Assembly (NCBI GenBank): GCA_965204575.1
Contig: OZ241993.1
Location: 1,280,001-1,344,000 of the forward strand
DNA: 64,000 nucleotides
DNA from: an uncultured candidatus Porisulfidus sp.
GTDB lineage: Bacteria > Pseudomonadota > Gammaproteobacteria > Poriferisulfidales > Poriferisulfidaceae
Direction: 5' to 3'
Shown: positions 30,241 to 40,049 of the stretch, one piece after another
Layout of the letters: each line of letters starts with the position of its first letter
Numbering within the stretch: the stretch's first letter is position 1
Made by a program: the position numbers and the translations under genes
The notes under the pieces: model-generated
Database searches by the model: none
The model's input: only the letters and a program-made list of their open reading frames with translations
Told to the model about the DNA's origin: nothing

Positions 30241-30866
30241 TCCTTCAGCAGGGCAATCAGCCGGGCGGCCACCGGATTGAGTTCCATGAACTGGGCCTTT
30301 CCGGCGGGATTGCGGAAAACGAACAGGAAGGTCGGGATCTCGGGTTTCTGCTGCGGCTGGAAGTCCGGGTTGATGCGGTGCACCGGGTACGCGTAGACGC
30401 AGAGTTCCGAGGCGGGGGACAGGACCACGGGATAATCCAGCAGGTCGCCGCCAGGGTCGATCCGTTCCGGATCGTACGGGGCGGTTTCGTCGCTAAACCG
30501 AATCTTGACGTCGATCCATTCGTAGTGGGCGAGTTCCGCCAGAAAGGGGGGAACATCGGGTTCGGAGACATGTTCCCGGGAGAGGTAGTCAACGAATTCC
30601 TGCCCGATCTTGTGGAAATACGGGGTGCGGCAGCCGTGCTGCGAGAAAAAGGCGTAGGACAGCTCATGCAGCGCATCCGGCCCAAGCAGTTTGGCGGTCA
30701 TGGGGAACGAACGCTCGACGAACCCCTGGATGTTCTTGAAGAAAAGGTCGCGGTAGACGGCCATGCGCCGTTCCTCGACGTCCTTCGGGCGGGGGTTCTG
30801 GCGCGGGTCGCGCAGGTGCGCGCAAAATTCTTCCTGGACGCGCTGGAAGTCGGGTCGCGCGGTCAT
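30087..30866 (-). CDS. DUF2063 MNIO partner protein (HvfC/BufC-like)
   Basis: FCAHLRDP, RRMAVYRDLFFKN, TPYF..I.QEF, LAELAHYEW, YPVHRI. Confidence 0.88.
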   Translation of the reverse strand: MTARPDFQRVQEEFCAHLRDPRQNPRPKDVEERRMAVYRDLFFKNIQGFVERSFPMTAKLLGPDALHELSYAFFSQHGCRTPYFHKIGQEFVDYLSREHVSEPDVPPFLAELAHYEWIDVKIRFSDETAPYDPERIDPGGDLLDYPVVLSPASELCVYAYPVHRINPDFQPQQKPEIPTFLFVFRNPAGKAQFMELNPVAARLIALLKDQPGMPARSHLERIAAELERDTPEAVVDGGLQVLERLRKRGAVLGVLEPAS

Positions 30867-30870
30867 CGCG

Positions 30871-31695
30871 TCAGGCGGAATCGGGTGCCTGGGCCTGGTG
30901 GTCGCGGATGCGCCGGACTTCCCCGAGCAGTTGACCGATCGGCGGAAAATTGAAGTCGCGCTCAAGCAGGGTCGGCAGCGGGCCGAAGCGTCCGTACGCG
31001 TGATCCAGGAGATCCCAGACCGGCTCGATCACATCGGCGCCGTGCGTGTCGATGATCAGGTCCTTGGCCTCGTTGTAGTGGCCGGCGATGTGGAAATAGG
31101 CCACCCGTTCGGCAGGCAGCGCGTCCAGGTAGGTGCGCGGGGAATAGCCGTGGTTCACCGAGTTGACGTAGACGTTGTTGACGTCCAGCAGCATCAGGCA
31201 GTCGGCCGCCTCAAGCACGTCCCGGACGAAGTCGATCTCCTCCATCTGCTTGCCGGGCGCGGCATAGTAGGAGACGTTCTCGATCAGCATCTGGCGGTCC
31301 AGCGTCTGCTGCACTTCGCGAATCCGCCCGGCGACGTAATGCACGGCTTCTTCCGTGAACGGGATCGGCGCGAGGTCGTAGAGTTGCGCGTGATCCGAGC
31401 AATAACTCAGGTGTTCGCTGTATAGGCCGATGCCATAGTCGTCCAGGAAGCCGCGGATGCCCTCGAGCAGTTCACGGTCCAGCGGGGCCGGGCCGCCAAG
31501 CGACAGGGACAGGCCGTGCGTCGTGATGGGGTAGCGCTCGGCGAGTTCGTCGAAACGGGATTTCAGGGAACCGCCCAGCCCGATCCAGTTCTCGGGAGCG
31601 ACCTCGAAGAAGTCGATCGCGCCGTCCTCGAAACAGAGGAACTCGTTCAGGATGTCGCGGCGCAGGCCCAGGCCGGAACTGCGCGGGCGCGGCAT
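30871..31695 (-). CDS. DUF692 multinuclear non-heme iron oxidase (MNIO); alternative start 31716
   Basis: [50 protein letters not shown]. Confidence 0.93.
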   Translation of the reverse strand: MPRPRSSGLGLRRDILNEFLCFEDGAIDFFEVAPENWIGLGGSLKSRFDELAERYPITTHGLSLSLGGPAPLDRELLEGIRGFLDDYGIGLYSEHLSYCSDHAQLYDLAPIPFTEEAVHYVAGRIREVQQTLDRQMLIENVSYYAAPGKQMEEIDFVRDVLEAADCLMLLDVNNVYVNSVNHGYSPRTYLDALPAERVAYFHIAGHYNEAKDLIIDTHGADVIEPVWDLLDHAYGRFGPLPTLLERDFNFPPIGQLLGEVRRIRDHQAQAPDSA

Positions 31696-31696
31696 T

Positions 31697-32317
31697 TCAC
31701 TCGGTTGGGCAGGCATTCCGGCAGGATCTCGAGATCCAGTAGTCCAGGCTGACGTAGCGTCCCGCACCGATGAAGAACAGGGTCAGCAGCATGATGAAGT
31801 AGGTGGCCGCGAATTCGATGCCGTTGTTCAGCATGACCAGGCTGCCGTGCTCGGTCAGCCAGGCGTAGTCGCCGTCCTCGCGCAGGATGGACCGGGCGAC
31901 CTGCAGCCGTTCGACGGCTTCGACCGTGCGCTCGGTGGCGAAGAATCCGCTGCCGGTGGCGATGGCGAGCCAGCCGTTCTTCCAGTGCACGGCGAAGGTG
32001 GCGACCAGCATGGTGACCATCAGGGGGATGCTCATCCAGCGCGTGGCGAGGCCGACCAGCAGCAGGATACCGCCGAACAGTTCGGCCCACCCGGCGAGGG
32101 CCGCCATCAGGGCCGGGAACGGCAGTTCCAGGCCGTATTCGAACCACTGCACGGTGCCGGCGTTCGGCAACAGGCTCGGAAGATCCAGTTTTCGGGATCC
32201 CGCCTCGATGAAGATCGGGGCCAGGTACAGGCGCAGCAGCAGCGGCGGCAGGAAGTCAAGTGGCTGCAGCCGTTCGAGAGAGTGGTAGGCGCGGCAGGCG
32301 CATTGGATCAGGCTCAT
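31697..32317 (-). CDS. DoxX family membrane protein
   Basis: [45 protein letters not shown]. Confidence 0.9.
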   Translation of the reverse strand: MSLIQCACRAYHSLERLQPLDFLPPLLLRLYLAPIFIEAGSRKLDLPSLLPNAGTVQWFEYGLELPFPALMAALAGWAELFGGILLLVGLATRWMSIPLMVTMLVATFAVHWKNGWLAIATGSGFFATERTVEAVERLQVARSILREDGDYAWLTEHGSLVMLNNGIEFAATYFIMLLTLFFIGAGRYVSLDYWISRSCRNACPTE

Positions 32318-32446
32318 GTCGGGGTCCTCGTTCGCAGGAGGGCGGCATCGGGTCCGGGTGCCGCCTGGCGGGCGGTTCCCGGAGGGCTCGGACGGAGCCC
32401 CCCGGAAGTGGGGTTGCAGGCACGGTGCGTGCCTGGCAGTTTGGCT

Positions 32447-32779
32447 TTATTCGCCTTCGCCTTCGGTCGCTTCGCCCTCGGAAGCTGCTTCGTCGGCATC
32501 TCCGCCGCATTTGCCTTCACCGCACTTGCCTTCTTCAGCGCCTTCGCCTTCAGCCGGAGCCTCCCCTTCAGCTCCATCCTTGGCGTCCTCGCCGCATTTG
32601 CCTTCACCGCACTTGCCTTCGCCGCAATTGCCTTCGCCACCATGCGACCCGGCGACCATGTGGCCCGAGGACAGTTCGGTCAGGCTGAAAGGATTGTCGG
32701 CGGCGACAGCGCTGGAACACGCCAGTGCGCCCGTGATGCCCAAGGCCAGTGCGATGGGGCTTAGATCTTTCTGGTTCAT
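32447..32779 (-). CDS. Secreted EGKCG-repeat RiPP precursor (HvfA/oxazolin-like)
   Basis: Signal peptide, NPF motif, five EG(K/N)CG repeats, acidic spacers; RBS AAGGAG. Confidence 0.9.
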   Translation of the reverse strand: MNQKDLSPIALALGITGALACSSAVAADNPFSLTELSSGHMVAGSHGGEGNCGEGKCGEGKCGEDAKDGAEGEAPAEGEGAEEGKCGEGKCGGDADEAASEGEATEGEGE

Positions 32780-32903
32780 GTGTTTAGTACTCCTTGATGA
32801 ATGGGGACAGAAATTATTGGTTCGATTGTAACAGACCATATGACAGAAAAGTTGCGCCTTGGTTTCCCCCCGGATCGGGGCGTTCTGTGTGGGTCGAATT
32901 TGC

Positions 32904-32985
32904 CTTCAGAGCCGCCGTTCGGGCCACTCGCACAGGTCGGAAATCCCGCATTCCGGACACTTCAGATTGCGTGCGGTGCAGGTAT
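32904..32985 (-). repeat. Displaced duplicate of the nth 3' end (left boundary of island)
   Basis: 82 bp matching 41416-41497 with one mismatch (32964 A vs 41476 G). Confidence 0.95.
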
Positions 32986-33085
32986 GGCAATCACGTACTT
33001 TCAACTCTGCGTGCCCGCCCAAGGATCGACGACGCCCACCCCCGCACCTTTAAAATCTCGTGCATTGTGCAAGATTAGAACGATA

Positions 33086-35899
33086 TTATCGGTGACGTTT
33101 CTTCTTGCGGGACTGCCGTTTCTTCGCTGCAGTTGCAAGAGACGAGGACATTTCCTCATAAAGTGTAAAAAGATGTTCGACGCGTTCGCGTTCGGAGTCA
33201 AATTTTTTTGCACGATATAGCCGGTCCACCGCGCGATCAAGCGTCTGATGTGCCCGGCGCAGGTTCGGCGGCATCAGATCGGGGTCGTAAAGGTTGGCCA
33301 GTGTCGCATCAGGATGTTCGGTCCGGGCATCCAGGACGGCCTGAGCCAAAGGTTCCAGTTTGGAGAGGCTGGCGCTTTTCTTTCTGAAAGCAGGTGGTGT
33401 CGGAAAAGTGTTGTAGACGACGCCAACTGAATACTGGTAGTCGCTTTTGAGACGCCCACCAATATAACGCATCCATGCCATGTGCATGGTGGAGGTGAGA
33501 AGCGCGAAATCAATAAGGGTTGCATCGGCCAACAGACGCAGTTTGTTGCTCGGAATGACGGGTGGCTCCAACCAGCCGGTCGGCACATACTTTCGCCGCT
33601 CAGAACTGACTTCGGGAATGACAAGAAAGGGATTGGCGGGGATGACGTTTACCTGCCAGAGTGTTGGCGTTTGGGACAGTTTCAGAGTGGATTTACGCTT
33701 ACTTTTTTCCCGAAACTTTCTGACGGAAACGATACGTTCTCGAGTGTGAGGCAGTTGCGCCAGAATTTTGGGGGAAGCGTCGTGTAAAGCCAAAATCCAT
33801 CGTTTGTCTCCCGACAAATATTCTTGTGCACCGACGAATGGCCGGAGCCAAGGTTCTGCCTTCGGTTCCATACCAAGAAATGTGGCTCGTTCTGTTGCAT
33901 CGAAAATGTAATGCCCACCGTCAATTGGTTGTGAGCCGGTAAGTAGTTGAGCCATACCGTTGATCGGAGTGCTTTCTTCCTTAACTACCAAGTGCGAATT
34001 GGAAAGCCTGCTGGCATCGAACAGGTAGGGAGACAACGCTGCATGGGCGCTTTCCTCCGGTTCATCGTTGCTGTCGGGATAGTTGAACAGGCGTTTTTCC
34101 GGTCGTGTGGCATCCCGCCGGTCAAGGCCGAGGATAATTACATGTACATGCGCCTTGCCGCGCGCGTCCGAGCCCCACGCGAAAGTTCGATGTGCGAATG
34201 CGATCTCCAGTTTGTGGCGATCGAACAGGATGGGCCACAGTTGTGCAACCTGTTCACCTTGCGTAAGTGAGTTGGTGGCTACGAAGCCGATTCTTGCTTC
34301 ACTGTTTCCCACATACTCGCCCGCCCGGATAAACCATGCAGCCACATAGTCGAGGGAGCCGCCACTCTTGCCAAGCGCTGCGATCCTGTGCACCTGGGCG
34401 CGTTGATCTGTCGTTTGCAACTTCGCCCCCGAGAAGGGGGGATTGCCGAACACGAAAGAACAATTCTCGGGTCGTAGCAGATCCGCCCATTCAATCTCCA
34501 GTGCATCTCCATGGAAGATATGCGGAGATTTCTCCAGCGGAATCCGGGTGTAGGTCTGGCCGAACTCTAGGCTTAGTTGGTTGTTCATGATGTGGTCCAT
34601 CATCCACAGCGCGGTTTCCGCGATGCGGACCGGGAACTCGCCAATCTCAATGCCGTAGAACTGATCGACATTCACTTTCGACAGATCCGCTGCAAACACT
34701 TTCATCTGCCTTTCGCCCTTCGATTTTGGGTATAACTCCCCCAGGACTTCCAGCTCAAGCAAGCGTAACTCCCGGTACGCGATGATCAGAAAATTGCCGC
34801 AGCCGCAGGCCGGATCGAAAAAAGTCAGAGAACCGAGTTTTTCCTGGAACTGTTTCAGTCCTGTGCGCCGGCCTCGGGATCTTCGCTTTTTCAGCCGATC
34901 GAATTCGGCACGCAGGTCGTCCATGAACAGCGGTTCAATGACCTTGAGAATGTTCTTCTCGGTCGTGTAATGCGCACCTTGGGCACGACGCTCAGACGAA
35001 TCCATGACCGATTGAAATAATGCCCCGAAGATAGCCGGTGAAATCTCCGACCAGTCGAACCGGGAGGCATCTAGCAACGCGCCGCGCATGGCCGCATCAA
35101 AAGCAGGGATGCGCAATGCTCCGTCGAACAATTCGCCATTGACGTAGGGGAACCGCGCGAGGTCCTCGTCGAGCGTGTTCTGGCGCCGGTCTTCCGGCGT
35201 GTCCAGCACTTGGAACAGTTGCGACAGCCACAAGCCGAGATCCGCCCCATCTTCGCCGGTGCGTGTCTCGATGAAGTCGAGGAAAATGTCACGCGGCTCG
35301 AAAATCCCGGTGTCGTCGGCAAACAGGCAGAACACGATTCGTACTAGGAACCGTTCCAGGTCGTGGCCGCGGTACCCAGCTTCGTGCAGCGCATCATGCA
35401 GCCGCCCAACCAGTTCGGCGGCCTTGATGTTAGCCGGGTCTTGATCGCGGAAAGTCCGACGCTGGCGGCCGCAGATGAAGCCGAAAGCCTCCACATGGTC
35501 GGGAAGCTCGGCAAGTGCGAAGGAGACGGTCTGGCGTTCGCTGAGGTCGTGAAGTTTGAAAGTCTGGAAATCGCTGACCAAGACATAGCGAGGATGATCG
35601 CGTTCAGGCAGGGCGAGCAGGTAGTCAAGCGCTTGGCTGTAGGCTTTCTCGAGATCGCGCCCGGCACTCTTCTGTTCCACGACCAGCATGCCGGGCCAGA
35701 ACAGGTCGATGAAGCCCGAGCGGTTGTCCAGTTTTGCGACATACGCTTCGTAGGTGGCAACCCGCCGTCTCCGAACGCCGAATATCTCGAAAAATTCGTT
35801 GTAGAAACTCTGCGTCTCGCTTTTCTCGTACCGGGCATCCTTCCACTCTTCGGCGAAGGCGGCGGCGCGGTTGCGCATCTCACTCCACGACAGGTGCAT
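33086..35899 (-). CDS. MmeI-like type IIL restriction-modification enzyme
   Basis: FIDLFWPG..VVEQKS nuclease motif, GAHYT, FDPACGCGNF, GNPPF, C-terminal target recognition domain, LYDPDLMP. Confidence 0.92.
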   Translation of the reverse strand: MHLSWSEMRNRAAAFAEEWKDARYEKSETQSFYNEFFEIFGVRRRRVATYEAYVAKLDNRSGFIDLFWPGMLVVEQKSAGRDLEKAYSQALDYLLALPERDHPRYVLVSDFQTFKLHDLSERQTVSFALAELPDHVEAFGFICGRQRRTFRDQDPANIKAAELVGRLHDALHEAGYRGHDLERFLVRIVFCLFADDTGIFEPRDIFLDFIETRTGEDGADLGLWLSQLFQVLDTPEDRRQNTLDEDLARFPYVNGELFDGALRIPAFDAAMRGALLDASRFDWSEISPAIFGALFQSVMDSSERRAQGAHYTTEKNILKVIEPLFMDDLRAEFDRLKKRRSRGRRTGLKQFQEKLGSLTFFDPACGCGNFLIIAYRELRLLELEVLGELYPKSKGERQMKVFAADLSKVNVDQFYGIEIGEFPVRIAETALWMMDHIMNNQLSLEFGQTYTRIPLEKSPHIFHGDALEIEWADLLRPENCSFVFGNPPFSGAKLQTTDQRAQVHRIAALGKSGGSLDYVAAWFIRAGEYVGNSEARIGFVATNSLTQGEQVAQLWPILFDRHKLEIAFAHRTFAWGSDARGKAHVHVIILGLDRRDATRPEKRLFNYPDSNDEPEESAHAALSPYLFDASRLSNSHLVVKEESTPINGMAQLLTGSQPIDGGHYIFDATERATFLGMEPKAEPWLRPFVGAQEYLSGDKRWILALHDASPKILAQLPHTRERIVSVRKFREKSKRKSTLKLSQTPTLWQVNVIPANPFLVIPEVSSERRKYVPTGWLEPPVIPSNKLRLLADATLIDFALLTSTMHMAWMRYIGGRLKSDYQYSVGVVYNTFPTPPAFRKKSASLSKLEPLAQAVLDARTEHPDATLANLYDPDLMPPNLRRAHQTLDRAVDRLYRAKKFDSERERVEHLFTLYEEMSSSLATAAKKRQSRKKKRHR

Positions 35900-35972
35900 C
35901 AGTTCACGTCTCCTTACTGCTCAGCCTGCACCTGTTTGGGTCTGCCAATGCATGTTTTCTGAATCCACGCGA

Positions 35973-38900
35973 TCATTTTATGGTCCGACTCTCTTTCTCT
36001 CCCTTGAGAGATCCGTGCGAGGTATCGGATTCTATGGCATGCGAGCCTTCCTTGCCGACATCAATGACACAGATGGAAATCTTCCGGGCCTCGCTTTCCG
36101 ATAGTGTGGACCTCAATTGTTGTTTCAGGCTTTCCGGGTCGGCAGGATAGGGGCCGAAGGGTGGCGGTTGCGTTTTATCCTTACCGAACCACAGTACCAA
36201 GTAGATGCCATATCCGCCCGTGTACGGATCAATGACATATTTCTGGATTAATTGGGTTTTTACCGCGCTCCACAGATCAGTATGGCCGTTTTTCTTAATT
36301 TCAATCGGCACATTGAAGCCTTGATAAGAAACTCGTATGTCGGCTCGCTTGTTACGAGTGTAATTTCCTTCGCGCTGGAGGTCGATGTTTTGAGGGAGGC
36401 GCTTGTCAAGGCTGTCAAGTATTGCGTCCCGGCAGGAGTTCTCGTGCTTGGGGCTCGTGGGTTTCCCGTGTCTGTCTTCGTTCCAATGTTGGCGCCAGCC
36501 ATCCGCACTGCCGCGACTGGCCTGTGCGCCAATTTCATTGAGACGATCTGTCAAAAGAGCGCAAAGGTCGCCGGCATTGGTTGGCAGACCGCCGTCTAAT
36601 GTTTGACAGATTTGGTCGATGCTCGGGGGGCAGTATTCCGCGTCACGGAGAGTGATTTGCTGCCCTTCTGACGTCTGCTGTAATATGTCGTGCCAGGCTA
36701 AAAGCGCTGAGTCGTCCAGTAGTTTACTCAGGGTTTCGCTTGCGCTGTGAGTGGGGGAGGCAGCAAGGCTCCGGATGTGCTGGTGGACCAGTTCGGAGGC
36801 TTCCATTTGTGCTGTCACGGGGCCACTCTCCCCTGTGAACATGAGGCCGGGGGCGATGTGTCTCCCGACGAGGGAAACCGCGATCTCCGATACCGGCGTG
36901 GACCATCTTTCGGAATCAATGGGCAAGGGGTCGTCCCGACGAAGGAATTCGGCGAGATGCCGGGTTCTGCCTGGCTGGTCAAGTACAAAATCCTGCAGTG
37001 GCCTGCTGAACTCCTCTGGAGTCTTGACGCTGCCGGCAGCTAACCAGTACACCCGTTGGCCAACGGTGGTGCTGCTCTGGGACATTTTATTCCTGACCAA
37101 GCTTAGGAATGAATCTTTCTCGGTGTGCTGGATGGCGGCCCATAGGAGATGGCCCAAGAGATTCAACTGTTCTTTCTTGCATCGAGTCGGGAAGGCTCGC
37201 AGCAAGGGCAGGCAGACCTGTTCCGCCACTTGCGCGTGGTTTTTCTTGTGTGCCAATTCCCAGAGTTTATAGATGTGTTCTTGGCCTCTCCGGATTTCGG
37301 GGATGGCGAAGCGAATCTGCATGTCGGCCACGGCCTCAGGACAGGTCTCAAGCAGGTTCTCGTACCACCAGGGCTGGTAGACTCCATGGGGGGTGGTGTA
37401 GTAGAACAACAGCGCTTTGTGTCTCCGGTCCTCGTCCCATTGAGCCGGATTTTTCGATTCCGCTTTTTCGATTTCCGCCAGAGCGGCAAGGAAAGGGATG
37501 CTGAACAGGGAAGTCTTGCCTTCTTCCCGCAGGGCAAGAATTTTCTCGATATTCGGAATGTCTTTCCGGTCGATTACTTGGCGAAGTCCTTGGAGCACGG
37601 AGTCGGTCAAGCCAGCATCGCCCTGCAGGCGTTCCTGAATGGCCTGTGGCCTCCCCTCTTTCTCGTTGAAAAAACGGTCGAAATATACGTACGCCATATG
37701 GAAAAGCAGGTTCGGGCTCGCACGATTTTCTCGGAATTCGGTTTCGTTGGCACGGACTTGAATCAGCAGTTCGTCTTTCGCCGGACTGTGCTTTTTCCGT
37801 ACAGGGCGAGGCCGCGTGCGTTTGATTTCCGGTGGCGGAGCCATAATCTTCCGCAGCGTTTCATTGGTTTCGGCATGTACCTCCAGCATCGCGAGCGACA
37901 AGCCTTTGTTGCCCACTTGGGTTTTCTGCGCATGTACAGCCTGCTCCAGCAGATATTGCTCGGCGGGACTCCCGGGAGTTGCCATGGAGACGGCTTCGTT
38001 CAGACACCAGAGTCCAAAGTCGGGAGGCACATCCGAGCCATACCAGCGTTCCCCGAAATCCTGGTAGATTTCGTAGGCGCCGGAGTTTGAATGCCGTTTC
38101 AATCCTTCCCGGATGATGGCTTTCTGGACGTCTGGATGTTGCTCAAGCCAGGAACGTATGAAATCGAATGGTTTCACGTCCCACGAACTAAAAGCTGAAC
38201 CCATGCCAAGCCAGTCATAAAGGAGTTCTGTGTCGAGGTTGTCTCCATGTACTTGAAGGTGGCGGGCCAACAGTTTTGCCGGGAGACATCCCAGATCGTG
38301 GTGTTCCAAGGCTAGACGCAATGCAGTGAATCGCTTGGCCAGGTGATTCAGGAGGGCGAGAATCTGGTCGTCCGAGGATTTGTGGCAGAGGTCGGTTTCC
38401 CAGAACCGGGCGTATCGCCCGAGCAGATTTCCGTTGCCGCCCGTGGTCAGGTGGTCGAACACCTCCGAAGGTGGCAGGCTTTCCGGGTAGAGTTTGGCCA
38501 GCAGGGTTCCGAGTAGCTCGTAATCGGGGTCGGAGAGAGTTCCTTGGCGGATGTCCGCCAACAATGTCCTGAGTTCGTTTACCGAATTGCCAGGGTCGGA
38601 GCAGTAGATGAAGGCATCCAGTGCTCGCACGTTGATGTACGGCCATCGCGTCTCGTCGCGTACGATCTCGTGCAGGTTCTCACATAGGCCCGGAAGGGCT
38701 TGGCCATGGGGCAGAAAGCCCAAGATGAAGCCGGTGAATTCCTGATCTTCTTTATCTCGCGAGGGAGATGTTAATATGCGGTTGATTTCAGATTCTAGGC
38801 GGGGTGTAGCAAGGGCCCCAAAAGCTGATTCACCCCACCGTGTGTTGTTGCTAAGATTGGTTCTGAGACCGAGAGACTTCAGAAGGGTGCGTTTGTTCCC

Positions 38901-40049
38901 AAGCGAATATCTGCTGATATCTCCATATCGTCCCACGCCAACAGGGTCGCGCTCTATAAGATCAATCCGAGCTTCGGCGCTTTGGGCGGCAAGCCATGCG
39001 GACAGGCCCCTCAATTCTGTGACAACATTTCCATCCCATCCGGTCATCAAGGAGAGTATGCGCTGTACTGGCAACCCATCGGAAATAACTTGGGAAAGAT
39101 ATCTGGCTCCGACAAATTCGGCAATATGGCGGTGGATGGGGACGACGTAACCCCCAAGGTTTGTAAACAGTTTGGTTTTGATAGCTTGTTCAGCCTGCTG
39201 AATGTCGCCGCCGCACTGGTCGACCGGAGGCCAACCGGTCGTAGCCTGACTCGCATACTGCGCATATCCGGAGATGCCGGAGATTAATTGAATGGCGCCC
39301 AGGTGCCCGGCGGCTTCCAGGAGTCCGGAGAGGTCTTGCGCAGGAGCGGCATGCACATGCTCTTCGTTGTGCTCTTGAGCCATTCGCAGACAGGCCCGCT
39401 CGAAAATTTCCGTACGGCTTTTCGGCCAGTGTCCCTCGGGCGCAACCGTTTCGGCCAGCATATTAAGTATGAGCGGGTTCCGGAGCAATTCCTCGATGCC
39501 ATGTCGCTTTGCCTCCTTGATGAAATGCTGAAAATCAATGTCGGTATTTTCCGAAGCTTCCAGTATTTGTTCAATATTTGAATCACTCAGTTTGTCGAGT
39601 GACAACACCGTCACCTTGCCCCCCGGCACAACTTTCTCTAGATGCCTTTTATCGTTCACCCCGAGCCAGTCGGCAGCCCGGCACGAAAGACGGAGATACG
39701 GTGGATGAAGTTTATCCAAACGTTGCCGGAGTTGATCAAAAGGAGCAATCGCATTTGGTCCGCTGGCACGAATTTCATCGAGACCATCGATAAACAGGGT
39801 TTTGTGCTGCCATTCAGGGTGTTTGTTTTCGTCGAGGGCAAGGAACTCGCGGGCCGTGACCAGACAGGCGCGATCCCCTAGGGCGTTATGCTCAGATTCA
39901 AATGCGGTCGTTTTCCCGGCTCCCGGGTCTCCCAGCAGCACGTATGCGGGCACTTCTCGAAAGTCTTCCAAGGGTCGGGATGCCTTGGCGTGACCCCGCT
40001 CGGGTTTGCGTGAGATTTCAGTGCAGGTTCGGGAGACAAGAATCTTCAT
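35973..40049 (-). CDS. NACHT/STAND NTPase with long helical region and C-terminal PD-(D/E)xK-like nuclease
   Basis: GDPGAGKT, LFIDGLDE, LSCR, NPLIL, HRHIAEFVGARYL; C-terminal RE...RADIRV...PIEIKK...QLIQKY; ATGA overlap with the upstream gene. Confidence 0.82.
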   Translation of the reverse strand: MKILVSRTCTEISRKPERGHAKASRPLEDFREVPAYVLLGDPGAGKTTAFESEHNALGDRACLVTAREFLALDENKHPEWQHKTLFIDGLDEIRASGPNAIAPFDQLRQRLDKLHPPYLRLSCRAADWLGVNDKRHLEKVVPGGKVTVLSLDKLSDSNIEQILEASENTDIDFQHFIKEAKRHGIEELLRNPLILNMLAETVAPEGHWPKSRTEIFERACLRMAQEHNEEHVHAAPAQDLSGLLEAAGHLGAIQLISGISGYAQYASQATTGWPPVDQCGGDIQQAEQAIKTKLFTNLGGYVVPIHRHIAEFVGARYLSQVISDGLPVQRILSLMTGWDGNVVTELRGLSAWLAAQSAEARIDLIERDPVGVGRYGDISRYSLGNKRTLLKSLGLRTNLSNNTRWGESAFGALATPRLESEINRILTSPSRDKEDQEFTGFILGFLPHGQALPGLCENLHEIVRDETRWPYINVRALDAFIYCSDPGNSVNELRTLLADIRQGTLSDPDYELLGTLLAKLYPESLPPSEVFDHLTTGGNGNLLGRYARFWETDLCHKSSDDQILALLNHLAKRFTALRLALEHHDLGCLPAKLLARHLQVHGDNLDTELLYDWLGMGSAFSSWDVKPFDFIRSWLEQHPDVQKAIIREGLKRHSNSGAYEIYQDFGERWYGSDVPPDFGLWCLNEAVSMATPGSPAEQYLLEQAVHAQKTQVGNKGLSLAMLEVHAETNETLRKIMAPPPEIKRTRPRPVRKKHSPAKDELLIQVRANETEFRENRASPNLLFHMAYVYFDRFFNEKEGRPQAIQERLQGDAGLTDSVLQGLRQVIDRKDIPNIEKILALREEGKTSLFSIPFLAALAEIEKAESKNPAQWDEDRRHKALLFYYTTPHGVYQPWWYENLLETCPEAVADMQIRFAIPEIRRGQEHIYKLWELAHKKNHAQVAEQVCLPLLRAFPTRCKKEQLNLLGHLLWAAIQHTEKDSFLSLVRNKMSQSSTTVGQRVYWLAAGSVKTPEEFSRPLQDFVLDQPGRTRHLAEFLRRDDPLPIDSERWSTPVSEIAVSLVGRHIAPGLMFTGESGPVTAQMEASELVHQHIRSLAASPTHSASETLSKLLDDSALLAWHDILQQTSEGQQITLRDAEYCPPSIDQICQTLDGGLPTNAGDLCALLTDRLNEIGAQASRGSADGWRQHWNEDRHGKPTSPKHENSCRDAILDSLDKRLPQNIDLQREGNYTRNKRADIRVSYQGFNVPIEIKKNGHTDLWSAVKTQLIQKYVIDPYTGGYGIYLVLWFGKDKTQPPPFGPYPADPESLKQQLRSTLSESEARKISICVIDVGKEGSHAIESDTSHGSLKGEKESRTIK

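Noticed and set aside
32447-32640. Short tandem nucleotide repeats (CCGCAYTTGCCTTC) suggesting a CRISPR or VNTR
   Set aside because: They encode the EGKCG peptide repeats; there are no unique spacers and no cas genes
32829-32847. Pho-box-like CTGTCAT-N5-CTGTTAC upstream of the EGKCG precursor (minus strand)
   Set aside because: Repeat period is 12 bp rather than the canonical 11; too weak to call
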